Shown: positions 37,860 to 52,030, counted from the first letter of the stretch. The stretch is 62,957 nucleotides of DNA from Octopus bimaculoides (GCF_001194135.2 NC_068997.1:38456054-38519010), one strand, 5' to 3'. Numbers and translations are program-made. The notes: generated from the letters alone by a model not told the origin.

Positions 37860-40175
37860 GAAAGCTACAATTCGGTCTTTGGTAGATCGGAAGTGGAGCG
37901 TACTACTCCATTATAGGCAGATATATACGCTTTGCACTTCGCTCAACTGTTTGGGACGGATGAAAAGTCGGAGACAGGGTTGAACTTTACCGTCAATGAC
38001 ATGAAAAGACGCTCAACTGGTGATGCAGAGTTTTGCGAAAGGCCGATAACAGCTGATGATATATTACGGGCAAGTGCCTGGCGGCCAATAATTCTCCTGC
38101 GCTCAGGTTTCAAGAATTTGGCCAAAGCGTTTGCCATAAGGTTGACGGTCTCTTTGGTTATGCGCAAACATGTACCACCCCACCCAGATCTATCCATAAA
38201 AAGCCTCCTCCTCGTGCAATATATCATAAAGAGGATTCATAAGGAACCTGACATGGATGGAGCCTCAGTCAACTTGGATCAATCGACAGCCTTCGATATG
38301 GTCGACTACCAATACTTGGCGACTGTTTTCAAGGCAACTGGTTTCGCTCCCGTCTTCAGAAGCTATAATGTACAGCGATATATCAACCGGTGGTCAGAGT
38401 AAATGGCCATCTGTTGGAACCGTTCAGCATCATGTATCCGTACGTACTGACTCTAGATCCACTTCTATAGAAGTTGAAGGTTTCGATGTGCATCCCACGA
38501 GAACTAGCATGCGGAAGATCTGTGTTTTCATATTGGATGATATCAGCATAAGCGTCGGACAGCAAACACCGCGTGGTGATCGACACTTCTCTAAGGGGAT
38601 ACGAGTCAGATGGAGTGTCTACATTACCACTCTCCCTTTCTCTTCACCGTGGTTGAGCAGAATGGAACACCTGCTCTTCTGCTTTCTGTGAAGAAAACAT
38701 GTCCCACTAATCGGACGCTCCATCTAGACACTTTTCCGCAGCTGTTCGATAATGCTCAAGTACTGCATGATCGCATGCAGCTCGGTTTCGTCGCTTTGCA
38801 TGTATCTTGGACGGGTGCGCTCGACGGCACTACCACATCTGCAGAATTTATCTCGAACTGACAGTATCCCCCACTCTACCCTAGTATCGCTATCACGACC
38901 AGAATTTCTGAAAATTATTCATGGGCTTCGGCCCGAAAGCACTTTGAAAAAAAAAACAGTCAGTTGTTTTTCATCAACGGCCAGATTTGCCTCGAGAATT
39001 TCGTTGCCCTTACACTTAATTGTTCTACAGAATACCATGGCGAAACATCCACCGATCGCAATAACCGACTGGCACTGCCATATATAACCGCCTGATCATT
39101 GTACCTTAACCCAGTTCACGTCTGCCAGTTCGCTTTCTGTGGAGGGGAGCGTTACACTAACGAGGCGCTCCTTTTGCTCTCAAAAGGAGGGGTGAACAGG
39201 TATGGTCACTATTAGTCAGAGATTCATTTTTTTCCACAGCTCGTCATTTTGACAGAGTTGTAGTCTTAGGTGAAGCAAGGGTCTAAACAGAGCGCTTGAC
39301 ATTCAGAATGTCGTCAAGCCCTCACAGCCTTCTACCAGTCAGTGAGGTCGGTAGAATTTTCACCATGACGTTCTATATAGAGTTAGTAATGGGAAAGACC
39401 TAAGATGTTCTGGGGAAGAATCTGTGCGTCGACATGAATCAACTGACTGATCCGTTTTGGGGGACTTTTTAGCTGGGAACCAAGGATAAATTGCAGAAAT
39501 CTCCGCCCTGGCAATGCTATCGGTGTAGGAGGTGGAGAAGCACAGCTGGTTCGAGGTAAACTGTACAGGCATAGAAGTACCGTCAACCAAGCCCGCCTGA
39601 GACTTGCTCAGAGCGACGAAACTGTTCTGCACGCACATTTCCAGTGCCCAAGTATTGCTGATTAGTAGAGTTATGTCGTAAATCTGCTATCTCGTGTATG
39701 TTGGATCCAGCTATCAACTGAGTCCGTTGCGAAGATAGCTCTGCGGCCTTCATTTGGCCGGGAAGACTAGGCAGTGTTTATGTATCTGATTGCCCGAAGC
39801 CAGATTGAAAGAGCTAAAAACAGACACCTCTTTGGCCAAGCCCCCATACACTTTTACAAGTTTCATTGGAAAAGGGAAGTGAGGATGTTGAAGGGTTGGT
39901 GAGAATGGTGAGCATGGTTCCGTGAGCATGGTTCCGTGAGCTAGCCTCCTCTGAGCTTGCGCCTGTAGATTAAGGGGAGACAACAAGAAGGCACGTGCCT
40001 TAGTGGTTAGGACGATCGCTATTTTGTGCGGTTTCCACAAGTAGCCCTAAGAAGTCCTGCTTTCTTGTAGAATTATTCTTTGCTGAAATGTATTGTTACT
40101 GTTCTTCCTCTTACACGCTCCTTTATATAATCCCACATTGTACCGTTTTGTACCGTCCCCATGCCTGTCGCTAAG
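37860..40175 (+). mobile_element. Tx1/L1-clade ORF2 remnant with internal deletions and 3' UTR
   Basis: WRPIILL..FKNLAKAFAIRL; NLDQSTAFDMVDYQYL; LDDISI (YADD-like); WQCYR; QSDETVLHAHFQCP (C-terminal Cys/His motif). Confidence 0.8.
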
Positions 40176-40623
40176 GCGAGGAGCACTGCAGAGCACTGCC
40201 CCCTCACAATTCAATGGCGCACCCCCAGATTTAGAAAATAAAGGTTTCAAAACTTTTCCTGCAATACAAATTAGTACCCACCCGAATATTTTGAAGCACT
40301 CCCAATCACCGAAGTCAGGCGGCGGGTCTGACTGTCCCCTGTGTTTTTGTGAACTCTTAATGGTTAACAAAGAAAACATTATTATTATCATTTCATTATC
40401 ATCTTCTTTTAATTATGTTTTCATTTCTTGCCGACTGTCTTCTATACACCTGGGGCAGAGAAACTCACTGCGTACATTTGTAGGCCATTAAAATAAACAC
40501 ACCAGATTGTTCATTTACAAAGTCATGTGATAGAGAAAAGAGGGAAGAACGACAGAGAGAAAAAGGAAAAATAAAAAAATAAAAAGTAAACAAAGAAAAT
40601 AAAGGGGGGAAAGGGGGAAAATT

Positions 40624-42349
40624 CACAGCGTCAATGCTCTTCTCAATACGACAATCTTTTGCACTTCCTATTCCTTTTCAGATCCTTTTTTGATTATTTC
40701 AAGTGTTCCTACATTCACTGGTATTGTAACCGTCTTGAGATGGCACGTCTTTTCGATTTCGATTAACAAATCTTTATATTTTCTGAACTTATCAAATTCT
40801 TTTGCCGAAATATTATGGTCACAGAGTATGCACATGTCAATCAATAAATAGACTTTATTGCCCTTGTCTTTCACAACAATATCTGGTTTATTTGCTTTGT
40901 TGGTCCGGTCTGTACATACTGGAAAGTCCCAAATAATCGTTACATTCTCTCCTTCAGTTACAGTCTCACGGTGGTACTTATACCATTTCTCAGCAGTTTT
41001 GATTTTATAATGCTGACACATTATCCAATGTAGGTATCGGCTAACTCTTGATTTATACACTACCTTACACCCAGGTATTAGGTGGTCCACTTTCAATCCC
41101 ATCGTTGCAGTATCGGCACTTTGTGTCTACACCATTTTTTATCACATTGGCTTGATAGTTCCGGGTCAATAAGCTCTGATCTTGAGCAGCCAAGATAAAG
41201 CCTTCACTCTTTGCCTTTAGCCCTGAGCTCCGTAGCCACTGATGGATGTGCTTCTGGTCTACATCATTCTTCAACGGTTATTTTCACCTTCCCTATTTCG
41301 CTGTAGAATGTTTTCGCATTGGATGTGAACAGCTTATTTTGCTTGTAAAACTTTCTCTTCTTAAAACTTCGTATTCTTTGAGCTTTTGCTTGGACATTTT
41401 GTTGCAATGTTATCTTTGTTGAAAGTAGTTCTTCTCTTGGTGAGAATCTATGTTTTCTCTTCATCTTTCTTCCTTTTCTGACTTTTACAGTGTTTCCACA
41501 GATTAGTTCATTCAATATTGATATTTCACCTCTCATTATTTCAATCTCTCTTTCAATTTCACATTTCCTGTTTGGAATTCTTCTCAGGTTTGTATTTCTT
41601 TGTTTTTTCAGAGGCATACAATTGGTTTCAATGGTTTTAGCAGCTGCGTAAAGAATTTCGTTTAACTCAGTGAGATCTGGTTTTAATTCTTGTATAATTT
41701 CTTTTGTTACATAGTTTCCAATCTTAATTTGTTTTCTATTTTGGATTGTATTTGAGAGTTTATGAAGTGGTTCTCTCTATTGGTGTGTTTTACAACTGCA
41801 AGCTAACTCAAGATTTTCGGCTTCATTTTGATCGTAGACTCTCTATGTTCTTCAGTAAATATGTGGTCTTCAAATATTTTGTCTTTACCACTTTCCTCGT
41901 TATCTTTATCGGCTCATTACAATTTATTTCTTCAGACGTTTGCGTGTTCTAGTCAAATGAGACTCGTGGAGTCTCATTTCGTCTGGTTCTTTATTTCCTT
42001 TCTGACATATATTTAAGTCAGTTTCCGCTGCGTGCTTAATTGCGGTTATTTCGGTATCTGTGAGTCTTATTTCTGAAGATATCCCTCTTAACATTTACTA
42101 ATTTGCTTTTGTCCAAATATAGTCTACTGTCTTGATTTTGAGTTCTCTATATTTGATAAGAGTGTGCGGTGTGTTTCTCTTCAGATGGTCTACCAAATGC
42201 CTAGTAATAGGCGTATATTACCTCTGTACACTCTCCTCGGGTTCATTTGGTCCTCTTACATTTTTCTTTCTATAATGGTTGTGATGGTGAACTTGGAGGG
42301 CTCGATTTTGGGAAGTTCCCATTCAAATGACCCTCCTGGTTTGTATTCC
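40624..42349 (-). mobile_element. RLE-type (R4-like) LINE with RT deleted
   Basis: QAKAQRIR..YKQNKLFTSNAKTFY is joined almost directly to QWLRSSGLKAKSEGFILAAQDQ..CRYC; then ANKPDIVVKDK..LIDM..KYKDL. Confidence 0.85.
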
Positions 42350-43115
42350 NNNNNNNNNNNNNNNNNNNNNNNNNNNNNNNNNNNNNNNNNNNNNNNNNNN
42401 NNNNNNNNNNNNNNNNNNNNNNNNNNNNNNNNNNNNNNNNNNNNNNNNNNNNNNNNNNNNNNNNNNNNNNNNNNNNNNNNNNNNNNNNNNNNNNNNNNNN
42501 NNNNNNNNNNNNNNNNNNNNNNNNNNNNNNNNNNNNNNNNNNNNNNNNNNNNNNNNNNNNNNNNNNNNNNNNNNNNNNNNNNNNNNNNNNNNNNNNNNNN
42601 NNNNNNNNNNNNNNNNNNNNNNNNNNNNNNNNNNNNNNNNNNNNNNNNNNNNNNNNNNNNNNNNNNNNNNNNNNNNNNNNNNNNNNNNNNNNNNNNNNNN
42701 NNNNNNNNNNNNNNNNNNNNNNNNNNNNNNNNNNNNNNNNNNNNNNNNNNNNNNNNNNNNNNNNNNNNNNNNNNNNNNNNNNNNNNNNNNNNNNNNNNNN
42801 NNNNNNNNNNNNNNNNNNNNNNNNNNNNNNNNNNNNNNNNNNNNNNNNNNNNNNNNNNNNNNNNNNNNNNNNNNNNNNNNNNNNNNNNNNNNNNNNNNNN
42901 NNNNNNNNNNNNNNNNNNNNNNNNNNNNNNNNNNNNNNNNNNNNNNNNNNNNNNNNNNNNNNNNNNNNNNNNNNNNNNNNNNNNNNNNNNNNNNNNNNNN
43001 NNNNNNNNNNNNNNNNNNNNNNNNNNNNNNNNNNNNNNNNNNNNNNNNNNNNNNNNNNNNNNNNNNNNNNNNNNNNNNNNNNNNNNNNNNNNNNNNNNNN
43101 NNNNNNNNNNNNNNN

Positions 43116-43139
<24 letters not shown>

Positions 43140-43151
<12 letters not shown>

Positions 43152-43320
43152 ACATACGCATATATACGACGGGTTTCTTTCAGTTTCCGTCCACCAAATC
43201 CACTCACAAAGCTTTGGTCAGCCCGAGGCTATAGTAGAAGACACTTGCCCAAGGTGTCATGCAGTGGGACTGAACCTGAAACCATGTGGTTAGTAAGCAA
43301 GCTACTTACCACAGATCGAC
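43140..43320 (-). mobile_element. SINE family A, 5' half
   Basis: Reverse complement of the family A head. Confidence 0.9.
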
Positions 43321-43783
43321 TACTGCGGCTATGTTGAATTTTTCTTTTCTTTTTATAGGTTTTGCTGTGGTTTACTGTTTTCATAATTGTGCATTTTGTA
43401 TATATTGGCGGTTGCTAATCGCCTTAATTTTTATCGTACGTTTAATAGTGTTGTTGTAATAAAAGGTATGTTTACATATTCGAGTAGTCAGGGAAAAAAA
43501 TAAAGGTAAAATTTTCACAGAAAATTGTAGATATTAAAGTTTTTAAATCTTCTAAAGATGATCGTTAGTATGTCCGAACAGAGAAAACAGTAGTGTTCTT
43601 GCAATAAAAGGGATGTTTGCATTTTCGAATTCTCAGGGGAAAAGGCAAGGATAGATATTCACAGAAAGTTGTAGATATTAAAGATCTTAAGTTTTTAAGT
43701 GTTTAAAGACGATCGTTTGTGTGCTCGGCCCCAGTAAAACTATAGATATGAAAGCTTTTAAACTTACTTTGAAGGAAATTTTA

Positions 43784-43786
<3 letters not shown>

Positions 43787-43838
<52 letters not shown>

Positions 43839-44595
43839 TAGTTTTATTTTTATAGCGTGCTTTCACTTCACTACCGAGCGCAGCTCTGTGTGCCTTGTGT
43901 ATGTGCTGTGATTTTCTGTGATGCTCTTATGGCTACTGTATTGAAAGTGTTTTGCGTAGGATGTGTGCAGTGCCCAGTAGTGCAATTTTCTGTATGTTAT
44001 ATATACTTGTAAGTCCTGGTGTTTTTGTTATGTATTTGTCTGAATATTTTTTTATCATACCTAATGCGCCTACTATGATAGGAATTGTTTCTGTCTTTAG
44101 ATTCCACATTCGAGTTACCTCTATTTCCAGGTCTTTGTATTTTGAAAGTTTCTCTATTTCTTTTAGAGAAACGTTGTCATCTGCTGGTATTGATACATCA
44201 ATTAGAAAGCATTTTTTTCTTCATGATCTCTGACAACTATATCTAACAACTATATCTGACCTTAATTTCTCTATCTGTGTGTATTGGCATATCCCAGAGT
44301 ATGGTTGCTTTCTCGTCTTCTGTGACATTTTCTGGCGTGTGTTTATACCATCTTTTTTTCTGTTGTTATTTCATAGTGTTGGCATAGCTTCCAGTGTATG
44401 TAGGTCCCAACTCTGTCGTGTCTGTGAATATATTCCTTCTTAGCCAGGACTGGGCAGCGAGAGGTAATATGATTTATTGTTTCTTGTCCATCGCCACATA
44501 TTCGCAGTTATTTATTGTTTCTTTTCATTATATGTTTTTGGTAATTTCTGGTGGGGAGGCTTTGGTCTTGTGCTGCAATTAAAAATTCTTCAAAC
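43787..44595 (-). mobile_element. R4/Dong-like LINE 3' part ending in (TAA)n
   Basis: FLIAAQDQSLPTRNY; RICGDGQETINHITSRCP; RHDRVGTYIHW; FLIDVSIPADDN..KYKDLEIEVTRMW..IVGALG..LLGTAHILRK. (TAA)n at 43787-43833. Confidence 0.9.
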
Positions 44596-47500
44596 CATTT
44601 ATCAATATATTCAAATCCTAGCTTTCTACAAAGATCCCAGTGGACTGCTCTCCCTAGATTGTCATGTCTTTGTATTCTTTCTGTGCCAGCATACTACATT
44701 CACTTACTATATGAGTAACTCTTTCCTCTTTTGATTTACATAATTTACATTGGGAATCTACTTGGTCTTTGGCTATCTTGGCTTTAATCGAATTAGTCCT
44801 TAATACTTGATCTTGTGCAGCTACTAACAAACTTTCTGTCTCCCTCTTCAGCTTTCCTTTCTGCTACCATAACCATTTCTCGCTACTAGTATTTGCTGCT
44901 ACTATCTTTGGGAATCTACCATGCATCACATACTCCTACCAGACAGATAATTTCTGTTCTTTTTTATGATTTTTAAGTTCGTTTGGGTTTTTGGTTTCCC
45001 AATGTCTTGCTGTGACTCTAGCAGCTTTTAATAAACTTTTTTCACGATTAACTACATAAGAGTCTATATCTACTCTAGCTAACTCCACACAATCTTCCAC
45101 TGATATTAACCCTCTTCCGCCTTCCTTTCTAGGTAGGTATAATCTTGCTACTCCTGCCCTTGGATGGAGTCATCCATTCATATTGAATTCCTTCCTAGCT
45201 CTTCTGCCTGGCTTTGCTAATTCAGTTATTGCCTAATCTACAAAAGTTTCTGAGTAACAAAGTAATGATACTGCTCAGATATTTACAGCCTTCACTAGAT
45301 TCGGACCATTTAGATTTGACTCCATTACCTTCCTCACCCTTCTGTACGCCTTCTCAGTTTTCGTTTTCATTTCTGTAGCTAGTACTCTGTCAGATTCTAA
45401 TACTCCTAGATACTTATGACTCTCTCCTCCTTTCAATGATTTTAATGCCTGGCCATCTGGTAATTGGATACCTTCACTGTTGACTACCTGTCCCCTTCTC
45501 GTGACTAATATTGCACATTTACGTATGCCAAATTCCATGCCTGTATTTTTGGTGAAGTGTCTTACAGTCTGTATTAAGGAATCTATCTCTTTTTCATTCT
45601 TACTAAAAAGCTTCAGATCATCCGTGTAGAATAAATGGTTAATTTTTTCCTTACTATTTCTGAACTAATACCCTGTCTTTGCCTTCCTTAATACTAAACT
45701 GAGGGGGATCAATCATAAGACAAATATTAAAGTGAACAATGAGTCCCTCTGGAAAATTCCTCTTTTAATATTAACTTTCTCTAGGCGTGTGCCACCTAAG
45801 TAGAAATCTACTTTCCATTTCTTCATGCTACAGCTAATTAATTCTCTTATGTTGTCTGCTATACTGAATATACTCGAACACTCACTAATCCACGGGTGTG
45901 GAATTATGTCATAGGCTTTCTTATTATCTATCCATGCTGATGTTAGATTTTTCTTTCCAGCTTTTACTTAATTCAGAACTGCTTTGTCTATATATAATAG
46001 GTTGTGCGTTCCTCTAGACTTCTTCCTGCAACCTTTCTGTTCTTCTGGCAGTAAATTCTGGTTGTCAAGGTACTCGTAAATGCTTTCTGAAAGCATTCCT
46101 GTTAACAGCTTCCACACTAATGGTAAGCAAGTGATTGGTCTACAATTACTAGCTGTATTACCCTTGCTCTTATCTTTCATAATGTGTATTGTTCTCCCTT
46201 TACTCATCCAATCTGGTATTATTCCTCCATTAAGGCAATCCTGAAGTTGTTCCCTCAGCCTCCCATGTAAACAACTGAATTTCTTTAGCCAGTACCCTAG
46301 AACTAAATCTGGTCCTGGACCCTTCCAATTCGGCATTTTTCTTCACATTTTACTCATTAATCCACTAGTTAATCTTAGATCTGGCTGCTTCTCACTCACT
46401 ACTTCCCTCACTTTCTTTAACCATACTGCATCTCCATTATGATTGGCCATCCCAAATATTACTCCAGAACTTTCTAGCTTCTTCTTCTTTAGGTTTCCCA
46501 TCTTCAATACTTTCTTCTCCACTATTTATTTGGTGATAAAATCTCCTCTGATCTGTCTCAATAATCTATTCTGTTGATACTGATCTATTCTTTTCTGATA
46601 TCTGGAGAGCTGGCCTGCTACCGCTATGATACACTGTTTCGACACTTCTGTTACTATCCCAAATTCTTTCTCTTTCACTAAGTATGTTTTCTCGGGGGAA
46701 GATTTTTATCTCGTGTTTCCTAAATTGTTTGTTTTCCAGACTTCTATTTTACTCAGATTTTGTCTTAAAGTCTTCTCTTTATTTTGTAGTCTACTTTTCC
46801 ACATTTGCTCTTTTTTAATCTTTCCCTGTGAGACATCTAATTTTCTGGTGACTACTACTCCTCCTGCATAGATCAATAACTTAGTTTCTCCTATATTTTT
46901 AGTATCTGGATAGATTACTGATAACAGAGTTTACTTTCCTAGTCATTTCTAGCAGCTTCCTCCTGTTGGCGCCTTTTAATGCTGGCAATCTTTTTCTTAC
47001 TTCTTTACTCTTTACTTCCTGCAACTTATCAAAAATCTTCTGATCTTCCTCACTTAAATTACTTAAGTCATTGGTGCCAGTTGTCCCTTCCTTATTAGAA
47101 GCTCTATTATTTTTTCTTTTAGGTTATTCTTTGGTTTGAACTGCATCTCTTATGTTGTTGCTTGCCTTTCCCGCTACCTGATCTTTCTTTTCCAGTTCTC
47201 TTTTGATCTCTTCTACCTCTAATTATGTTTCCCACTTTCTTCTCTTAATAGTATTAGCTTTATCAACTAATCTTTGCTCAGTCACTTTAAACTTACCCTT
47301 CTCTACTCAGAGTGTTAATATCCGTTTTCTATAGCCTTTCTTTTAAGTTCACTTTCTAAGTAGCACTGCATCACTATCCTGTTTTCTTCGCTGGTCCACT
47401 TCCTCCTCCTTGCTCTATTATCTGCTGATGCTGTATTAGGATAAGAGCTGTCGTCAGTCTGCATCTGTACTGAACCACTGCCTAGCGAGAGGCCTTCCCT

Positions 47501-47650
47501 TAAAGGTCCAGCTTCATTTTCGCTGTTACAATCAGAGTTTCTTCGGAAACTCCCGTCTTTCATAAACTGAGGTAAGTAACGTTCGTCACCATTTCCATTA
47601 CCACTATTATTTTTCGACATCTGAAGGCTTCAATCAACTTTCTATTGCAT
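44596..47650 (-). mobile_element. R4/Dong-like LINE, long degenerate copy (N-terminus through zinc knuckle)
   Basis: RRRKWTSEENRIVMQCY; PNWKGPGPDLVLGYWLKKF; CRPITCLP; NHLFYTDDLKLF (YxDD); LVAAQDQ; CKLCKSKEERVTHIVSEC. Confidence 0.9.
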
Positions 47651-47914
47651 CGTTTGTGGCCCTTTTGTGTTGGTGGGGAGGTGTATGCTTCATTTTTTTG
47701 GTGGGAGGTTTTATATTGCATCAGTACGTTTTATGTAGTTTGGCTTGAGTCTTCTGTTGTATTAATCTTTATATTGTGCGTTATTTGTACAGCGCAGGTT
47801 GTGTTCTGTCAGGTATCGGCCTTCTATGCCACATGCTGTGGGTTTTGTTCATTTTGTTAGGTATTTATAGTATGAATTTGCTCTTGTATGTTTTTGGAAG
47901 TATGTTGCATAGTA

Positions 47915-47952
<38 letters not shown>

Positions 47953-48065
47953 CTCATAAATCAACTATTTTATAGTATTTATAATTATCCGCCCACCGTT
48001 CTTTCTCTTTTGGTTGGTTTTATTATGGGTTCCGGTAATTATTATTATTATTATTATTAGTGCTA

Positions 48066-48495
48066 CATTCTGAGTTCAAATTCCGCCGAGGTCGACTTTG
48101 CCTTTTCTCCTTTCGGGTCGAAAAAACAAGTACCAGTTGAACACTGGGGTCGATGTAATCGACTCATCCCCTTCCCCAAAATGGTTGCCCTTGTGGCAAA
48201 ATTTGAAACCATTATTGTTGTTGTTGTCGTCGGCGTCGTCGTCGTTGTTGTTGTTGCTGCTGTTAAGGTGAAGGGCTGGTAAAATCGTTAGCACACTGGA
48301 CAAAATGTTTAGCGACATTTCTTCCGGTTTTACGTTCTGAGTTCAAATGTCAACGACGTTGATTTTGTGCTTCATCATTTCGGGGTCAAAAAATAAGAAA
48401 CAGTTGGATACTGAGGTCAATGTAATCGACTACTTTTCTTCCAACAAATGTCAGGCCTTGTACCTATAGTAGAAAGGATTATTACTATTATTATT
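48066..48495 (+). mobile_element. two tandem SINE family B copies (48066-48212 and 48262-48495)
   Basis: Two gagttcaaat B-boxes and two cores, separated by (GTT/GTC)n and flanked by (ATT)n. Confidence 0.85.
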
Positions 48496-48747
48496 CATAG
48501 AAAACCGATAGAGTAAGTAATACTAGAAGGATAAAAGAGCTAAACGTTATTTTATTTACGTATTTATATAACTGACAATAGGTATTTTTAAGAGTTCCGC
48601 AAGTAAATCAATAAATACAAACAAATGTAGGGAGAGATCAGCTAATGTTTCCTTGAAGCAGTTTGGAGCTAAAAATAAAATAAATGCCATGATCGATTAT
48701 CATTTTGTTCTGTTACTGATTTGTTTTCCGTTTTTTTTTTATTTTAT

Positions 48748-48910
48748 ACTTTTCTTCATCATTATACTCATCGTCGTCGTCATCCTCATCATCATCATCG
48801 TCGTCGTTGTCTCCGTCATCGTTATCTTCTTCATCGTCATCATCATCATAATCATCATCGACATCATCATCATCATCATTATCATCAGCATCATCATCAT
48901 CATCATCACC
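48748..48910. repeat. (CAT/CGT)n trinucleotide tract
   Basis: Directly visible. Confidence 0.95.
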
Positions 48911-49462
48911 AGTCTGTTGAATAACGCTCATGCAACAATGTGACACAAAAAAATAATTCCCTCTTGCTTACTTTTGCCGTTAAATTTTGCATATTTGTTT
49001 TTCCCTTCTTTCCTAGGTAATAATGAAAATAGTCCGATATTTCTTTTCAATACATAAGGTACTGTAGTTCATTGTTAACCCCATTTTGTTGTGGCCGACA
49101 GTCAACAAGAGCTGTTTGAATGGTGAGGTGTATTAAGGTGTTTTCGTTAATGTAATAAATACCAACAGATAACAAAATATTTTCCATTCACTATCCTCTA
49201 TGACCAGTTTCACTTGTCCTAATGGCAGGCTGCAATTTTGTTTCTGTCTTCATGTCTACATTTTTCACAAAACACGTCTTTCTTCTTGTTTATCCAAACA
49301 TTAATATTGATAAAAAAAAATTCACTAAAAATATCAGTAAAAAATGTCTTTTTTTCATTCCCTCCTTTTCTCATTTTCTCTTTTCTTTCTCCTTCCACAT
49401 ACAGATGTAATGCAGTAACAAAAACAGAAAACATACACAAGGATTGTGTGTTGTGTGTGGGA

Positions 49463-49503
<41 letters not shown>

Positions 49504-49686
49504 NNNNNNNNNNNNNNNNNNNNNNNNNNNNNNNNNNNNNNNNNNNNNNNNNNNNNNNNNNNNNNNNNNNNNNNNNNTGTGTGTGCGTGTGTGTGCGTGC
49601 GTGTGTGCGTGCGTGTGTGTGTGTGTGTGTGTGTATGTGTGTGTGATCGTGTGTGTTTGTGTATGTGTGTGCACGCACGTGTGTGT

Positions 49687-49687
<1 letters not shown>

Positions 49688-49719
<32 letters not shown>

Positions 49720-49794
49720 AAAATAAAGAAAGAAAGAAAGAAAGAAATAAAAAGAAAGAAAGAAATAAAAAGAAAGAAAGAAACAAAAAATGAA

Positions 49795-49829
<35 letters not shown>

Positions 49830-49860
49830 GAAAGAAACAAAGAGAAAGAAAGAAAAAGAA
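49688..49860. repeat. (AAAG)n purine tract
   Basis: Directly visible. Confidence 0.95.
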
Positions 49861-51419
49861 AGATGTAGAAATGTAGGGGTATGTGCGTGTTTGTAACTGC
49901 ATGCAGCATAAATACAGCAGCTTTCTATGTATTTACTCTGTGTCGACAAAAGCAATAATCTATTTAATATTTGTCTTTACCATATCATAAGACAGCAACA
50001 TAGAATATACCAACAACAACAACAGCAAAGCGAAAACTCGATGAATAACAACTACAACAGTGACAGCAACATCAGCATCGACAACAAATATAAAAACAGC
50101 AACACTGTTATTTAATGAAAAACAACAACAACAACAACAGCGACTGCGATAGCAATAACAACAACATTGGCAGTGACTTCAGCACAACAACGAAGAAAAG
50201 AATAAAAAAAACTCTTCCTGTTTACTTCTTGTTCACTTCTGTCCACACCCAGTGACCCTTATCTATCTGTCTTTCTTCTACCGTCATTCTTTCAACTACT
50301 ACTATTGTTGCTGCCATTACTACTACTACTACAATGGTCTCACAGTTGCTGTTTTATCTATTTCATTTTCTTATTTTCCTGCTGCTTTTCCTAATGTAGC
50401 CCCCTTCAATTAGGTGCAGAATGTTCTCCCTTTAGAGGGATCATAGGTGCACCATACCACTCGGTTTAACACTACTATCTGGTCCTTGAGTACATTTACC
50501 TGAGTTCGCTCTGCTGCATGCATTTGTATGAAGCCTCCGGCTTCAGGATTTCCGTGACCTATCCAAGTACCATCGCATTCTACAATTCTATATAGTGCCG
50601 AAAAATAGTTCGACATCCCCTGGTCAAATTTTTCCTCACCTTTTCACGCATCCGAAAAATTATTTCCCACCTAAATCCTCTGTACCACCTTTTCCAGGCA
50701 AACTGCACATTCTATTTCTCCTTGAGACTCAAATTTCTCAGCCCCGACCGACAATCCATCACCTCTATCCAGGATGCAATTTTCTGTTAAAATTTCACTC
50801 CAAAAGGTGGTGTTTATGATTACATACCCTTCACTCTCTACCTCTTATCTCTCTCACCTGGCTTTCAGCAACACCGATTTCCAGTTACTCTCGCTCAAAG
50901 TTTCCTCCTTCATTCCTTCAAGTACATCTGCTTCTTCTCTCGCTCACCGAGCAACCCTTTAACCATATTTCCTCCTAAATCGAGAACATCTGTCTCACCT
51001 TACTTTTCTCTAAAATCATTGTTCTCAGTTATTTCAATGTTCGCTGTCCTTCGTGGCTCTCACACACATCCCACACCGAATCTGCGAGTGTAGAAGCCGA
51101 ATCCTTTGCTCTTGTCAACATTTTACCCCAACTTGTTTCATCCCTTACTTTCATTCAAACCAAACCATGCACACTCCAGACACCGCTGATCTCTTTCTCA
51201 CCTCAAAACTTAACCGCTATTAACCGTGTCTGTTTCTCCGTCGATCGAGTCATCCAACCACAACTTCATTACAACTGCTAAACACACAATAACATACATC
51301 CTCTCCCTGAAGACCCTATTGCACTTGAAGCCGACCAACATGTCGAAGATCTGTCAGTTTTCTGTTACTTATTCCTGGCAGTGCATCAGATTCATTCAAG
51401 TCTCATTATAAGCAGCTAG

Positions 51420-52030
51420 ACAGAATGACTGAAACCATCCTTTTAAGCAAGTCGTTTTGCATCCTACACACACCAAAAACCCCTTGTCCCAAATCTGCCA
51501 AGTGCTTTACGCGTAGCTGCGCTGCAGCTGTTCGGGTAAAAAATGAGATCTACAATACTTCGAGAATCTTACCCACATCCCAAAGCTGAGTGATGTTCAC
51601 GCAGTATTGTAACCCTAGTAAGACCACTATTCAGTTATCAATGGTTGTTTACAGCAATGCTGATTTTTATTTCGTTCCCTTCTTTACATATTTTGGAAGA
51701 TCAATGAAGTTAACAATAAACTGAGTCCCACCAGAGCCGGATCTCTGGTAGATTCTGGTCTGAGTAGTGTTGGAGTGAAATGATACCCTGCAGGAGGTGA
51801 AGAGAACAAGACGAGAGAACTAGTTTGAAACTACATCAGAATTTCTTTCCATGTCAAATATGAAAATGTTGAAGGGGGAAGTGTCTACCCTCAACTTTTC
51901 AATCTAGTCCACAACACAACAACAGATAAAAACAGCCTGCAGTCCCTTTGCCAAGTAATAATGGTCTATTCTTTATTGAAGGCATTCAGATGCTCTAAGT
52001 TGATTAGGTCGCCACTGCTCCAGGTTTCTT
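51420..52030 (-). mobile_element. probable RTE-type LINE 5' region
   Basis: KALGRFGTRVFGVCR loosely resembles the RELARYNIDIAALSETR start of the RTE endonuclease. Weak. Confidence 0.3.

Noticed and set aside
48713-48946. Poly-Asp, poly-His and poly-Ile ORFs
   Set aside because: Translation of a (CAT/CGT)n microsatellite with no splice or domain support. The same applies to the CV/HT/YI/LS-repeat ORFs elsewhere.
13603-49060. Isolated plus-strand acceptor-like sites (13603, 31759, 49017) suggesting small exons, one with a cadherin-like NENSPIF
   Set aside because: Short, with weak donors or immediate stops. Such sites are expected by chance in T-rich DNA.
51307-51360. CTGAAGA...GAAG atct GTC
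   Set aside because: Core is GAAG rather than GAAA, and stems I and II do not pair.
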